Below are positions 17,685-28,544 of a stretch of DNA of 64,000 bases, one piece after another. The notes beneath the pieces were generated by a model. That model did no database searches. It saw only the letters and a list, made by a program, of their open reading frames with translations, and was not told where the DNA came from. Each line of letters starts with the position of its first letter. The first letter of the stretch is position 1. The position numbers and the translations under genes were made by a program. The stretch is from an uncultured delta proteobacterium (GTDB lineage: Bacteria > Desulfobacterota > Binatia > UBA9968), in contig CAVTUQ010000010.1 of NCBI GenBank assembly GCA_963737905.1, positions 32,001-96,000 of the forward strand, read 5' to 3'.

Positions 17685-18749
17685 TTAGACATGGATGATC
17701 ACCTTCAACGCATTGCCGATCCGCTCGACGTAAGTCCGGAACGCTTCGTGAATCTGATCCAGCGTGAAGTGATGCGTGATGATCGGGTCGGCCGTGATCT
17801 TGCCCCCGCTCATGAGAGCTAGCGACCGTCCGCAGTTCATTCCACCCTCTCCTCGTGCCGCGTAAATGCGGACGTTGCTCCGAACCGCGAGATTCATATC
17901 CATCTCTACCGGACCCGTGTACCAGGCCACAACCCCGATGCGGCCTCCGCGCTTGACGTTTTCCAGCGCTTCTTGCATGGAGGTCGAACCACCAGCGCAT
18001 TCGAGGACGGAGTCAGCACCCTTGCCCTGGGTTATTTCACGTACACGATCCGCCAAATTCTCTTTTCGCACGTTGATCGTGAAGTCCGCACCATACTGTT
18101 TGCCGATTTCCAGGCGCGAATCCCGCGTGCCACTGAGGATGACCCGTTCCGCACCGAGCGCCTTGCATAGCTGTACAGCGATGAGACCAATGGGCCCCGG
18201 CCCGAGGACCAACACGGTCTCGCCGGCAACGTAGCCGCCCATAAGGTCGATGGCCCAGAGCGGCGAAGCGGCGGTGGTCACCATGCAGGCCTGCTCAAGT
18301 GTCAGATTGTCGGGTAACCGGTAAAGTGTGTTGATATGATTGACGGCGTACTCGGCGAAGCCTCCGTCGCAGGTGAGACCTTTCGCGCGGTGGCCTTTGG
18401 CGAGATCGCCGTAATTCAGGCAGGAGGTGTACCAGCCTTTGATGCAGTTTTCGCAGCGGTCGCAACCCTTGTGCACCTCCACGGCGACCCGCTCTCCGAT
18501 CTGGAACTCGTTGACGCCTGGTCCCAGCGCTGCCACGGTGCCGGCGTACTCGTGGCCCATGATAAACTCACCGGCGGGTTGCCCCTGGAGCGTCCTGTGC
18601 AAGACCTTCACGTCGGTTCCGCAGATCGAGGCGACATTTACCTTGAGGAGAACCTCGCCGGGGCCGAGCTGCGGCACCGACCGCGTCTCCACCCGCATAT
18701 CGTCGGCGTCATGCAGCACTACTGCGTTCATCGTAGTGGGAATCGGCAT
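17685..18749 (-). CDS. Zinc-dependent medium-chain dehydrogenase (threonine/sorbitol DH-like)
   Basis: CGTD, GHEYAG, structural Zn C..C..C.......C, GPGPIG Rossmann motif. Confidence 0.9.
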   Translation of the reverse strand: MPIPTTMNAVVLHDADDMRVETRSVPQLGPGEVLLKVNVASICGTDVKVLHRTLQGQPAGEFIMGHEYAGTVAALGPGVNEFQIGERVAVEVHKGCDRCENCIKGWYTSCLNYGDLAKGHRAKGLTCDGGFAEYAVNHINTLYRLPDNLTLEQACMVTTAASPLWAIDLMGGYVAGETVLVLGPGPIGLIAVQLCKALGAERVILSGTRDSRLEIGKQYGADFTINVRKENLADRVREITQGKGADSVLECAGGSTSMQEALENVKRGGRIGVVAWYTGPVEMDMNLAVRSNVRIYAARGEGGMNCGRSLALMSGGKITADPIITHHFTLDQIHEAFRTYVERIGNALKVIIHV

Positions 18750-18970
18750 GGACTTTACCTCCCGTTTCGGTCTTGTGCTGCGTCAGGAGCAGTCATCCCG
18801 GCCGCAGTCTCAAAGAAGACGCCGGTTCGCGGGATGGTGCTTGAGGGCGTGTCTCGAATTCTACCACGTAGCCTTGCGATCTGCGGCGCTGCCATGACAA
18901 TAGGGGAGATCCATCATGGGCGTCAAGGGACGAAAAGCAGAAATGCAATCGCAGAGACAGAGGCTGCTTT

Positions 18971-20684
18971 TCAACGGGAGAGCCCAAAGGAGCTGATATC
19001 TCCGCCGGAAAAGAAGGTGCCGATCAAGTTGCCGCGCGTGATCGGCAGGTCCAGGTGCGATGGATGCGACTCGTCGTGATGAATGGTAATCCGAGCCGCG
19101 CGCGGGCGCCGCAAATGGTTTCGGGCGAGAGCTTGGAGCGAGCTCAAGGCGGGCTCGTCGTCGGCTCCCTTGATGCGAACGGCGATCCGGTCGCCGGCCT
19201 GGAACAGGCGCGCCGTCGCTACAATCGGAATGCGCAACTCGTAAATTTTTCCCGGCTGCAGCGGGTCCCGGTCCTCATGCACTTGAATCGGCTCCCACGG
19301 CTTGCTGTCTTCGCGCAAGCGTCGTTGCGAAGCGCGCAACCAACCGCGGGTCAGCTCCTCCGCCTTGCCCTCGCGATCGATCGCCAGCAAGGTTACGAAT
19401 AGCAACGCGTCGGTATCCGTGGTGGAAAGATAGAGCGTCAGCACGCTCGGTCCCAACACTTCGGTGTTCTCGACGAGCAACGGTGTAGAATAGGTCACCG
19501 AACCGTGTTCGAAGTTCGATTCATCGAATGCGTCCGCGCCCTCGCTCGGCCATAGCTCATGCTCGCTGAGTATGCCGTCTTTATGCAGGTAGAAGGGGGT
19601 CCAGCGGGCCTCCGGCGGCGGCCAATCAACGAGCGATTTCCATTCGCCGGTAGGCGGGATGAAGCAGCGGATCGGCGGTTCGTCCATTACGCCATTGTCT
19701 ATGCCTTTGAGCCAGTGATCGAACCAGCGCAGCGATTCGTCTTGATACTGATACACGGGGCGATCGAGATAGATTCCCGGGCCGATAACCATCTTCTTCG
19801 GGCCTCGCCAATCTTTCCAGGCGGTAAAAGCCCCGGGCAGGTGAAGACCATAGTTGCCCCAGCAGGCGCCGAGGTAAGCGGGAATAGTCGCCTTCGCGTC
19901 CTGCGCGCTGTGCTCGCGCCAAAACGGCCCGTCGAAGGGATGCAACAGGAAATCGACGATCAACGCGTTGGTTCCCGCCTCGGGATTCTGCAGCGCCTCG
20001 CGCAGCCCGGGCACAGCCATGATCTCTTCGTCTTGCATCGCCCGGGCGATGGCATCCTTGTACGCGGCTTCGCCGCGGGCTTCTTTGTACAGGCTGCGGT
20101 AGTTAGGGCGGTGCAGGCTGTTTCGCCAGTGAGTAATAAAGCCGTGCGCAAGAATGCCGCCGTGGTAGCAGCGGTGGCGATAATCGTCGGTGCCGGCGAA
20201 TGGAGCGAAAATCGCTTTGAGTGGCTTCGGGCCCATGGCGGCTACTGCTTTGGCGAGCCGGGCAAAATAAGAGACGCCGAACATGCCGACATCGCCGGTG
20301 CTCCAAGATTGCGCCGCCAGCCAATCGATGAGGTTGCAGATATCTTGAACCTCGATGCGGGCCCATGAGCTGATAGAAGCCTTCGGACTTACCGCTGCCT
20401 CGGACGTTGAAGACGGCGTGAACGTAGCCGCGGCGCGCAAAGAAAGTGGAGTCGCCGCTTTCCATGTAGCCCCGCATCGGTGTGAAACCCACCGGGCGCA
20501 TCGGCGGCGATTGCAGGTCTTTGTTATAGGCGTGGGCGCCAAGAATGACCGGGAAACACTCGGAGGCGGCGGGACGATAAATATTGCCATCAAGCAGAGT
20601 GCCATCCGGCATCCGTACCTTGACGTCGCGCTCAACAATGACGTCGTACTTTCGTTCCGAAGTAGACCACTTAGTTGTGAACAC
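18971..20684 (-). CDS. CocE/NonD family serine hydrolase; apparent frameshift near 20360
   Basis: AGGAGG then GTG 20684; N-part (MPDGTLLDGNIYRP, RGSGKSEG) in ORF 20103..20771 continues in ORF 18971..20638 (WLAAQSWSTGDVGMFGVSY, RWFDHWLKG). Confidence 0.82.
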
Positions 20685-20951
20685 GAGCTCGGTCCTCCTT
20701 ATGCTCATTTCGTATGGACTCAAACCCCATACATCAAGCGGAACGAAATGTCCATTTTTGCTTGGCCCCATTGCAATGGATTGCTCCTATAGGCTTTTTT
20801 CCTTGACTCACCTCTTATGTTTGCCCTATTTTACGCGCAACGGACTGCTAAGCGATTCGTTAATTCGGTTATATCGTCGATCAGCAGCGGTTGGTTCGCT
20901 GACCTGTCTCGAGCACAACTGTGGTCACAAACTCTAAGAGGGAGTTCGGTT

Positions 20952-21827
20952 ATGCCAGTCACAGTCGAACAGCTTCAGTCCATTCGATCAACGATCAACG
21001 ACAATATTAGGCCCTTACTGGCAACTGCAGGAGCTGCGGGCCCATATGCAATGGCAATAGGATTTGCCGCCGACCTTATTCTCCGCGCTATAACGCTTGG
21101 TGTCCAAATAAGAATTGTCAGAGACAAGTTAGTTGCCGAACTAGATCTGGAAAGCAAGAAGTTAAATATCTTTCGACGTCCTTACATCGTTAGCATCGAT
21201 GACTTCGACGTAACGAGTTTTTTCACTAACAAGGGTTATCTCAGGATTCAGTACCCACAGTTGTTAGAGCAGTTTGACGCAGAAATTAAGGCTGTCGATT
21301 TTGTTGGCAACACGGGCTACGACTCGGCGCTTAGACTGTTAAAGATTGCGCATCAGGTTATTTTACCAGCGTATCACACGGGTAAATTCATTAATCCACT
21401 TTCGCGGGATATGTTCGGTAATGAACTAGAAAAGCCGATGCCGGACTATTACGCTATTGTCAGGGAAATCGACGTGTTGGGATATCGAGACGACAGCGAG
21501 ATGGACAACCTAGCAGCTAAACTGCCGCCGTACTGGGAGACGAAATTGGAGTTGGCCAGACTCTCGTTGGAGAGGACTTACAAAGAACAGAACGCCAAAT
21601 ATAAGGACGAAGTGATCAGTGCGATCCTAGAGGCGCTGTCTGGAAAAGACGGAGCGATTTCTGCTTTGACGACATTTGCAAAAGAGATCGCCAAAAATAA
21701 CGTGGAAAACGAGCTTGCAAAAATAGACAACGCTCTTAGCGCAAATCCAGACGAGTCCGTCAAAGCCAAACTCAGTGAACAAATGAAAGAGCTGCAGCAA
21801 CGTTTGTCGGCGATAGAGGGTCGTTAA
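20952..21827 (+). CDS. Hypothetical helical protein with N-proximal hydrophobic segment and C-terminal coiled coil
   Basis: GAGGGAG RBS, ATG 20952; 291 aa; visibly AT-richer than flanks; no family recognised. Confidence 0.7.
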   Translation: MPVTVEQLQSIRSTINDNIRPLLATAGAAGPYAMAIGFAADLILRAITLGVQIRIVRDKLVAELDLESKKLNIFRRPYIVSIDDFDVTSFFTNKGYLRIQYPQLLEQFDAEIKAVDFVGNTGYDSALRLLKIAHQVILPAYHTGKFINPLSRDMFGNELEKPMPDYYAIVREIDVLGYRDDSEMDNLAAKLPPYWETKLELARLSLERTYKEQNAKYKDEVISAILEALSGKDGAISALTTFAKEIAKNNVENELAKIDNALSANPDESVKAKLSEQMKELQQRLSAIEGR

Positions 21828-21870
21828 AAGGAAGCTCATACGGTTTTCTTGTTTCACGGATAGTTTTCTT

Positions 21871-22824
21871 ATGAAAACGATTTGTCATGTTCTCTTGTCA
21901 TTGTTATTAGCGTTGTCTGGTTTGATTGCTAGCGGGTGCAGTCCAGCTCTCCCGAAGCCCTCCTCTGTAAGCAATCTTGAAGCTCTTAACAGAGCGATGG
22001 CTCTCCATACGGAGAGTGCATACAATGAAGCGCTTGCGGAAATTTCCAAGAATCTACAAAACAATCCGACCGATCTGCATTCGAGAATATCGAGGGTCAT
22101 AGCGGCACAAAACAGGATTACTGTTGTTGCGGATCAGTCCCAGAAATTGAAGATTTTTCACGACAGTCTCCCAACAATTTTGCGCGATCTTATTATCATT
22201 GTCGAATTGGCTCCGCAGGTGTCTGATACGATGGCTTGGATTGTCCCGCGAGCGCTCGTCGTGGCCGGCGATCTTTTCTTAATTAGAGCGAGCATCTCCA
22301 CAGCAGAGACGTACGATAAGAACCCTACCGTCGATCGAATCAAAAAGACCATAATAGTTAGGGCCTATTACCAGATTGCTAAAGGGTACTTTGTTCAAGC
22401 ACTGGGTCTGGTTTCCCAAGTCAAGGATATTGCTCCTGCCTTGACTGCCGTAAAGCAACAGGCCGTCAACGGTCTGGTCAATACCCAGGTCGGGGTATTG
22501 ACAAACAACCGCAGACTAGGTGACAAAGAAAGGGTTCGGAATGACTTGGAAGAGATTAAGAGCTTGCTATTAATCGACCAGCAAAAGACAGTTGAGGCAA
22601 TGACTGAGTTTTCGCCTTCTTTCGATCCTGAGATCCATCGAGTGTTAAGTGTGGTTTATCGGGAGTTAGCGGATGACGGAACCGATCAAGCAGCTGAAGC
22701 TAAGTCGATCGAGGTCGCGCTTGTAAACGAGCTAATGTACGTTACGTATTCAGGTGACAAAAACCAAGCCAACCTAAATGATCTGTTGACTAGGGCGGCC
22801 CAACCTTATCTGTCGCGGCTCTAG
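21871..22824 (+). CDS. Hypothetical lipoprotein, all-helical/TPR-like
   Basis: Signal peptide ending LIASG|C; amphipathic helices (YNEALAEISKNL, YYQIAKGYFVQAL). Confidence 0.72.
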   Translation: MKTICHVLLSLLLALSGLIASGCSPALPKPSSVSNLEALNRAMALHTESAYNEALAEISKNLQNNPTDLHSRISRVIAAQNRITVVADQSQKLKIFHDSLPTILRDLIIIVELAPQVSDTMAWIVPRALVVAGDLFLIRASISTAETYDKNPTVDRIKKTIIVRAYYQIAKGYFVQALGLVSQVKDIAPALTAVKQQAVNGLVNTQVGVLTNNRRLGDKERVRNDLEEIKSLLLIDQQKTVEAMTEFSPSFDPEIHRVLSVVYRELADDGTDQAAEAKSIEVALVNELMYVTYSGDKNQANLNDLLTRAAQPYLSRL

Positions 22825-23090
22825 TTTACTGCAAGATTTGCAGGCACCATCGTGGTCAAGAGGGAGACGTTTAGACCCGGAGGAGCTCCCAATAAATCTT
22901 GCAATCCTTTCACGTTCTTTGGTATTTTCGTGCCCATAAGCCAATTGTCTGGGAATGATTTCGCCATTGCCTGGCGCAAAGTATTGACCAAAGGGAACGG
23001 TGTGTTGTCTTGGTTGGCCGCGATCCTGCCACTGTCGGCAGCATTTTCAAGCAGAGAGAGAAAGCCCTCGCCTCGCCCACACGAGTTGTC

Positions 23091-23120
23091 TTGACACGCT
23101 AGATTGCGGGGTGTTAGTTT
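23091..23120 (+). promoter_or_regulatory. Candidate sigma70 promoter
   Basis: TTGACA-N18-TAGTTT with TG extended -10, 40 nt upstream of the amidohydrolase start. Confidence 0.4.
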
Positions 23121-23159
23121 CGCTCGCGCTGGAGCGAAAATCTTCGTCAGGGAGTACCC

Positions 23160-24144
23160 ATGAATATTGATTTTCACTGCCATTTCTATCCCGAAGAATA
23201 CTTGAAGAAACTGGAAGCCTCCAAAGGCGACGTCAGGATCGAAAAGAACGACAAGGGCGAGAAAATTATTTTGAGCATGGGGGCCAAGGCAGGACCCGTG
23301 ACCGAGGACTTTTTCGATATCGAAGTGAGGGTGGACAAGATCAGGCAGAACAGGATCGACATGCAGATCTTGACCGCGCCTCATCCCGGCGTCGACCGCT
23401 TTTCACCGGACGAGAGCGCCGAGATGAGCCGGACGATCAACGATGGTCTGTCGAAGGTCGTTAAAAAATATCCGAAGAACTTTCAGGCCCTCGCGATGTT
23501 GCCTCTCATCGATACCAAGCTCGCTCTCAAAGAACTGGATCGGGCGATTTTTGATCTGGGGCTAAAGGGAATTTGCATGTTGACCAACGTAGCGGGACAG
23601 ACATCGGATTCAAACTTCTTGCTACCGGTCTATGAAAAAGCGCAGTCCCTCGGTGTGCCGATCTTTATTCATCCGACAACTCCGGTGGGCGCACAAGTCA
23701 TGCAAGAGTGGCGTCTCGCGATCATTCTTGGATTTGAATTTGACATCATGCTTTCGGCGACGCGGCTTGCTTACTCCGGAATACTCGAGAGATTTCCCGA
23801 GCTCAACTTTGTCATCGCCCATCTTGGAGCCGGCATTCCGTTTCTCGCCGGCAGAATCGACCGAGGCTACCACGATCCGATGTGCGGCGTTAAAACCAAA
23901 AAGCCGACTTCCGAGCACCTCAAGGAGTTGCATACGGATACCGTCTGCTTTTATCAGCCGACTCTGAAGTTCGCCTATGAGTTTTTTGGCGCGGGGACGG
24001 ATGGTAATGGGGAGTGACTTCCCGCTACCGATCGGCGATCTAGAAGCTGCGGTTCCCAGCATTGAGCAAATGGATATCTCCGGAGACGAAAAAGAGAAGA
24101 TTCTGGGAAAGAATGTTCAAAGGCTCCTAAAACTGAATTCTTGA
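23160..24144 (+). CDS. Amidohydrolase_2 family protein (ACMSD/aromatic decarboxylase-like); apparent frameshift near 23995
   Basis: IDFHCH, IFIHP, HLGAG motifs; after a G run the expected RMVMGSDFP...KILGKNVQRLLKL continues in another frame to TGA 24142-24144. Confidence 0.85.
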
Positions 24145-24200
24145 AGGTTTCTGATCTCACTATCCCGAATATTCCAAGATAAAATGGCGAGAGGGGTCAG

Positions 24201-24974
24201 TTGCAAATCGTGAGTAGTGATAAGCCTACGGCTCTGGTTACGGGCGCATCCACGGGTATCGGCAGAAGCGCGGCTATAGCACTGGCGAAAAACGGTTATG
24301 ATGTAGTCATTAATTTCAGCCGCAGCGAGGATGCGGCCAAGATTACGGCTCGTGATGCCGCAGCTACGGGTGCGCGGACGTTGCTTTACCGCTGCGATGT
24401 CAGCGACGAGACTTGCGTGCGCGCCATGATCGCGGCCACGGAAAAGGAATTTGGGCGCCTCGATGTCCTGATCAACAATGCGGGAACCACGGCCGATGTC
24501 GAGCCCAAGAATCTGGAAGGCATGAAGGTCGAAGACTGGAATCGTGTCTTCAATGTCAACGTCCTCGGTCTGTTTCTGGTCACGCGCGCGGCCGTGCCGC
24601 TACTGAAAAAATCGCCTAACGGCTGCATCGTGAATACCTGCAGTATCGCCGGCCTGAGACCAAGCGCACAACCATTGCCTTATGCTGCCAGCAAAGCTGC
24701 AGTGGCAAACCTGACCAAGACTCTCGCGAACGCGCTCGGACCTCAAATCCGCGTCAACGCGGTGGCGCCGGGATGGATCGAAGGGGACTGGATGAAACGG
24801 ACACTGGCGGATAACTACGAGGGGTTGATGGCGCGCCGCGCCAAATACACGCCGCTCAAGCGCTGCTGTACTGAAGACGACGTCGCCGACAGTATGCTAA
24901 GCCTAATTTTGCATAACCGCTTCGTCACCGGCGAGATCATCATCGTCGATGGCGGGTTTTCAAGCACGACTTAA
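24201..24974 (+). CDS. Short-chain dehydrogenase/reductase (SDR)
   Basis: TGASTGIG, NNAG, YAASK, IRVNAVAPG. Confidence 0.92.
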   Translation: MQIVSSDKPTALVTGASTGIGRSAAIALAKNGYDVVINFSRSEDAAKITARDAAATGARTLLYRCDVSDETCVRAMIAATEKEFGRLDVLINNAGTTADVEPKNLEGMKVEDWNRVFNVNVLGLFLVTRAAVPLLKKSPNGCIVNTCSIAGLRPSAQPLPYAASKAAVANLTKTLANALGPQIRVNAVAPGWIEGDWMKRTLADNYEGLMARRAKYTPLKRCCTEDDVADSMLSLILHNRFVTGEIIIVDGGFSSTT

Positions 24975-24985
24975 ACTAAGAGTAC

Positions 24986-25113
24986 TGTTCAAAACGTTCA
25001 AGTCGTTCAAGTTGTTCAAAACGTTTTCGGAGGTTCAAGTCGTTGGAAGGTTCAATTCGTTTATATCGTTTTAAACGTCTTGAACTTTTTGAACGATTGG
25101 AACGACTGGAACG
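24986..25113. repeat. Long 9-bp periodic palindromic repeat (CGTTCAANN arms)
   Basis: Multiple GTTCAA units followed by inverted TTGAAC/TGGAAC units, forming a long imperfect hairpin. Confidence 0.8.
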
Positions 25114-25137
25114 CGACGAGCGCTAGCGAGGAGATGA

Positions 25138-26787
25138 ATGTTAGACGGTGTCGTTCGATTTCCTCCAGAATTCGCGGCGCGGTATCGGGCGAAGGGCTAC
25201 TGGGAAGATCGGTCGCTGCGAGACGTATTCGCCGACGTTTTTGCCAAATACGGCGATCGAATCGCGATCATTGATCGTGACGAATCCGTTACCTACGCGC
25301 AATTGAACGAACGCGCCGAGCGTCTAGCGCTGAACCTTCTGGAAGAAGGGCTTCAGCCACTCGACCGCGCCGTCATGCAGCTGCCCAATGTGGTTGAGTT
25401 CGCTTACTTCTATTTCGCACTGCAAAAGATCGGCTGCATACCGATCATGGCGCTGCCGAGCCACCGTTACCGCGAAATGAGTCAGTTCGTCCAACTTGCC
25501 GGCGCCGTGGCTTGTGCGACACCGGACCGAAGCAAAGACTTCGACTACAGAGATCTCGTGGGTCGCATCCGCGAGGCGAATGCGACCTTACGCTTCGGAA
25601 TCGTTTTGGGAGACGCCCCGGCAGGGTTTTTATCGTTGAAAGAACTAGTCGAGCGGCCGAGCAGACATTCTCGGGATGATTTGAAAAAAATCACCATTGA
25701 TCCCGAAGACCCCGCAGTGTTTCAACTCTCAGGCGGCACCACGGGCATTCCCAAGCTCATCCCAAGAACGCATAACGACTACATCTATAATTCTAAAATG
25801 GCGGCGGCGGTGACCGGAGTAGGGCCAGACAAGATTTTTTTGAACGTACTTCCACTGGCACATAATCTGCCGCTCGCCTGTCCCGGCTTGCAGGGTTTTC
25901 TGTTGCACGGTGGCAAGGTGGTGCTGGCCAACACAACGCGAGCCGAGGATATTTTTCGTATCGTCGAGCGCCATCGGGTCACACACATCGCTGTCGTGCC
26001 GGCGCTTTTGATTCGTCTGATCAATGATCCGTCGATCAAGAACTTCGATCTATCATCCCTGCAAGTTATCCAGAGCGGCGGCCAGCGGCTGCAACCGGAA
26101 GTCCGCCGCCGTACAAAAGAACTGATTCCAAGCGTTACCGTTCAAGAAAACTTCGGGATGGCGGAGGGGATGCTGCTATTTGTCCGGCTGGATGATCCTG
26201 AAGAAGTGCGCATGGAAACTGTCGGCAGGCCCGTCAGCCCCGATGATGAGATCCGGATAGTGGACGACGAGGATAATGAAGTTTCGCCGGGCGAAGTCGG
26301 CGAATTGTTAGCTCGTGGTCCCTACACGCTCCGGGGTTACTTCGGCGTGCCGGAGTACAACGCCAGAGCGTTCACGTCCGATGGCTTTTACCGATCAGGC
26401 GATTTGATGCGGCGGCATCCTTCCGGGAACTATATGGTCGAAGGACGAAAGAAAGATCTCATTAACCGGGGAGGCGAAAAAATCAGCGCCGAGGAGATCG
26501 AGAACCTCATTCTCACTCATCCATCCGTCCAAAACGTTGCGTGCGTGCCGATGCCGGATCCGATTCTGGGCGAGCGCATGTGCGCCTGCGTGATCCTGCG
26601 GCAGGGCAAGGCTTTGAGTTTGGACCAACTGGTAGTTTTCCTTATGAAAGAGGAAATTGCCAAGCACAAACTACCCGAGCGGCTGGAAACGATGGGCGAT
26701 TTCCCTCTCTCAGCCTTTGGCAAGGTATCGAAAAGAGATCTAACTGAAACCATCGCACAAAAGCTTAAGGCAGAGGGTAAGACTTGA
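25138..26787 (+). CDS. Aryl-acid AMP ligase, DhbE/EntE/salicylate-AMP ligase family
   Basis: FQLSGGTTGIPKLIPRTHNDY, HNLPLACPG, FGMAEG, RGPYT.RGY, GFYRSGD, INRGGEKI. Confidence 0.9.
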   Translation: MLDGVVRFPPEFAARYRAKGYWEDRSLRDVFADVFAKYGDRIAIIDRDESVTYAQLNERAERLALNLLEEGLQPLDRAVMQLPNVVEFAYFYFALQKIGCIPIMALPSHRYREMSQFVQLAGAVACATPDRSKDFDYRDLVGRIREANATLRFGIVLGDAPAGFLSLKELVERPSRHSRDDLKKITIDPEDPAVFQLSGGTTGIPKLIPRTHNDYIYNSKMAAAVTGVGPDKIFLNVLPLAHNLPLACPGLQGFLLHGGKVVLANTTRAEDIFRIVERHRVTHIAVVPALLIRLINDPSIKNFDLSSLQVIQSGGQRLQPEVRRRTKELIPSVTVQENFGMAEGMLLFVRLDDPEEVRMETVGRPVSPDDEIRIVDDEDNEVSPGEVGELLARGPYTLRGYFGVPEYNARAFTSDGFYRSGDLMRRHPSGNYMVEGRKKDLINRGGEKISAEEIENLILTHPSVQNVACVPMPDPILGERMCACVILRQGKALSLDQLVVFLMKEEIAKHKLPERLETMGDFPLSAFGKVSKRDLTETIAQKLKAEGKT

Positions 26788-26942
26788 AGGATACTCGTGC
26801 GAGGTTGTCGAACCGCTAAACCAGCTTCGATTATTATTTGCCGCCGACTGCACCTGTGTGTATGGCGATACCTTTGTTTTGGAGACACTCCTGACCGAAC
26901 AGAGAATAGTCTTTCGGATCCGAGCGTCCGGGAACGTAAGCC

Positions 26943-28520
26943 CTACTCAACGACCTCAATCGCCAGGCGATAAGCAGGTAATCGATAGCCGAGCGCCAGG
27001 GCAGGGAAGTCGCGGGCATAGGTGAGAAAGGGCGTCTGATAATTCAACGGCACCTTGTCTTTGCCCTTATAGATGGCAGGATAGATATCGATTAGATGGG
27101 TCCCCGGGTGCCCGGTGGCCACTAGATTGATCGTGACATCACCGTTGCTATTGAAAGCGCAGGCGTAACCTATGGATGCGTTGTCGTAAGTCACGGCGAC
27201 TGTGTTATCCAACTCGGTCCAGCCGCCTCCTTTGATCTGAATGGTGAAAGGCTCACCGACCTTAACGCGCTTCGGCTCTACCTGCACCAGCTTCTGCTCA
27301 ACGTAGTAAGGGATTTCCATTAGCACCTGATCCCGCGCCACCAGTTTCACCACGTGCCAGCCTCCCAGATCATCTGGAATTTGGATGTTGGTGGTCAGTG
27401 ATCCGTCTGACTTCGTCGTTGCGCTGGAAAGCGGAACGTTTTCCAGATTCCATCCGCTAGGGCCCATGCGGTTACCTCTGGCGGTAACAAAAAATAGCCC
27501 AACTTCTGTGTTGGGAGGCAGACCAGTAACTCGCAGACTAGTCTTGGACAGAATGGGCCCGGAAGCAGGACTCAGAGTCGCAGAGCTGGACGCCGCGGGC
27601 TTCGTGTTCATGGCCGTCCGTGACACATGGCTGTTGAGTCGAGCAACGCGCTCGGTGTCCGGCCATTGGAGAGTGTCGGGAGGCGGTCCGGTGTCCTTGG
27701 TTACGTTGAAAACAAAACGAAACTCTTGTTTGTTGTCCAGATGGGCGTAGATATAATCCTGCGGCGATTGCTGCGTGTTTAAATAGGCGCCGGGGGCGGT
27801 GGCGGTGCTGTTGTTGAGTTGAATAATATGCTTGCCAGTCGGTCCTGCGGCACGGATTTGAAAGACAGCGGTGCCATTAGTCGTTACACCTGATATTTCA
27901 CCGGTGTACTTGTTGTCGTAGCGCAGCGCCATAAAGTGCTCGAATCCTCGCCAGCTCAACCCCTTTACCATGATGGTGACCGGCGCTCCCACGGGCCCTT
28001 CGGCGGGAGCGATGGTAGCGCTGCGCAAGATGCGAAAGCCGCCGCGGCCCACGTCCTGTCCATCCACCACAGCATAGATCTCGTGCACTTCGCCGAAATC
28101 CTCCGGCGCGGTAAAGACCGTATTCACTCGCCCTTGGGAATCGACCAAGTTGCCGCCTAAATGGAGGCGCTTCTCGTCATACTTCCGCTCATGGTACTCG
28201 ACATTGTCAGGTATAACTTTAGTTGCGTAGGCGCCATCGACAGTGCTCCAGAAGAAATTCACTTTCTTGCCGGGTGTGAATCCGTTAGCCGTCACTGTGA
28301 AGGAATCTCCCACGTAGCCCTTAACCGGCTCGACCTTGAGCAACTTAATTGGCGTTGGTGCTGCGGTGGATTTATTGGCTTGAGCGAGAGTAGGTGAGGT
28401 GGCGGGGGCGGTAGCCGCAGAAGCAGCAATCCCGGGCAGCGCGTTGGAGCCCAAGACGACCAGCAGTCCGAGCAGTGCTACGAGCGTAATTGCTGAGTCT
28501 GTTGCCGGCGGCTTGCGCAT
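26943..28520 (-). CDS. Exported beta-rich protein with internally duplicated Ig-like domains
   Basis: Signal peptide; two homologous halves (APEDFGEVH..KGLSW..YDNKYTG..AAGPTGKHII vs IPDDLGGWH..KGGGW..YDNASIG..ATGHPGTHLI). Confidence 0.8.
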   Translation of the reverse strand: MRKPPATDSAITLVALLGLLVVLGSNALPGIAASAATAPATSPTLAQANKSTAAPTPIKLLKVEPVKGYVGDSFTVTANGFTPGKKVNFFWSTVDGAYATKVIPDNVEYHERKYDEKRLHLGGNLVDSQGRVNTVFTAPEDFGEVHEIYAVVDGQDVGRGGFRILRSATIAPAEGPVGAPVTIMVKGLSWRGFEHFMALRYDNKYTGEISGVTTNGTAVFQIRAAGPTGKHIIQLNNSTATAPGAYLNTQQSPQDYIYAHLDNKQEFRFVFNVTKDTGPPPDTLQWPDTERVARLNSHVSRTAMNTKPAASSSATLSPASGPILSKTSLRVTGLPPNTEVGLFFVTARGNRMGPSGWNLENVPLSSATTKSDGSLTTNIQIPDDLGGWHVVKLVARDQVLMEIPYYVEQKLVQVEPKRVKVGEPFTIQIKGGGWTELDNTVAVTYDNASIGYACAFNSNGDVTINLVATGHPGTHLIDIYPAIYKGKDKVPLNYQTPFLTYARDFPALALGYRLPAYRLAIEVVE

Positions 28521-28544
28521 GGAACAAAGGATAGCGTAATCACG

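Noticed and set aside
24015-24017. TGA ending the amidohydrolase ORF as a second Sec codon
   Set aside because: The conserved GSDFP continuation is in a different frame; this is a frameshift, not readthrough at a Cys position.
24986-25113. Periodic GTTCAA arrays as a CRISPR array
   Set aside because: Period is 9 bp with no 25-45 bp unique spacers, arms are inverted, and no cas genes are present.
25138-26787. Siderophore biosynthesis cluster
   Set aside because: No isochorismate synthase, carrier protein, NRPS or TonB receptor nearby.
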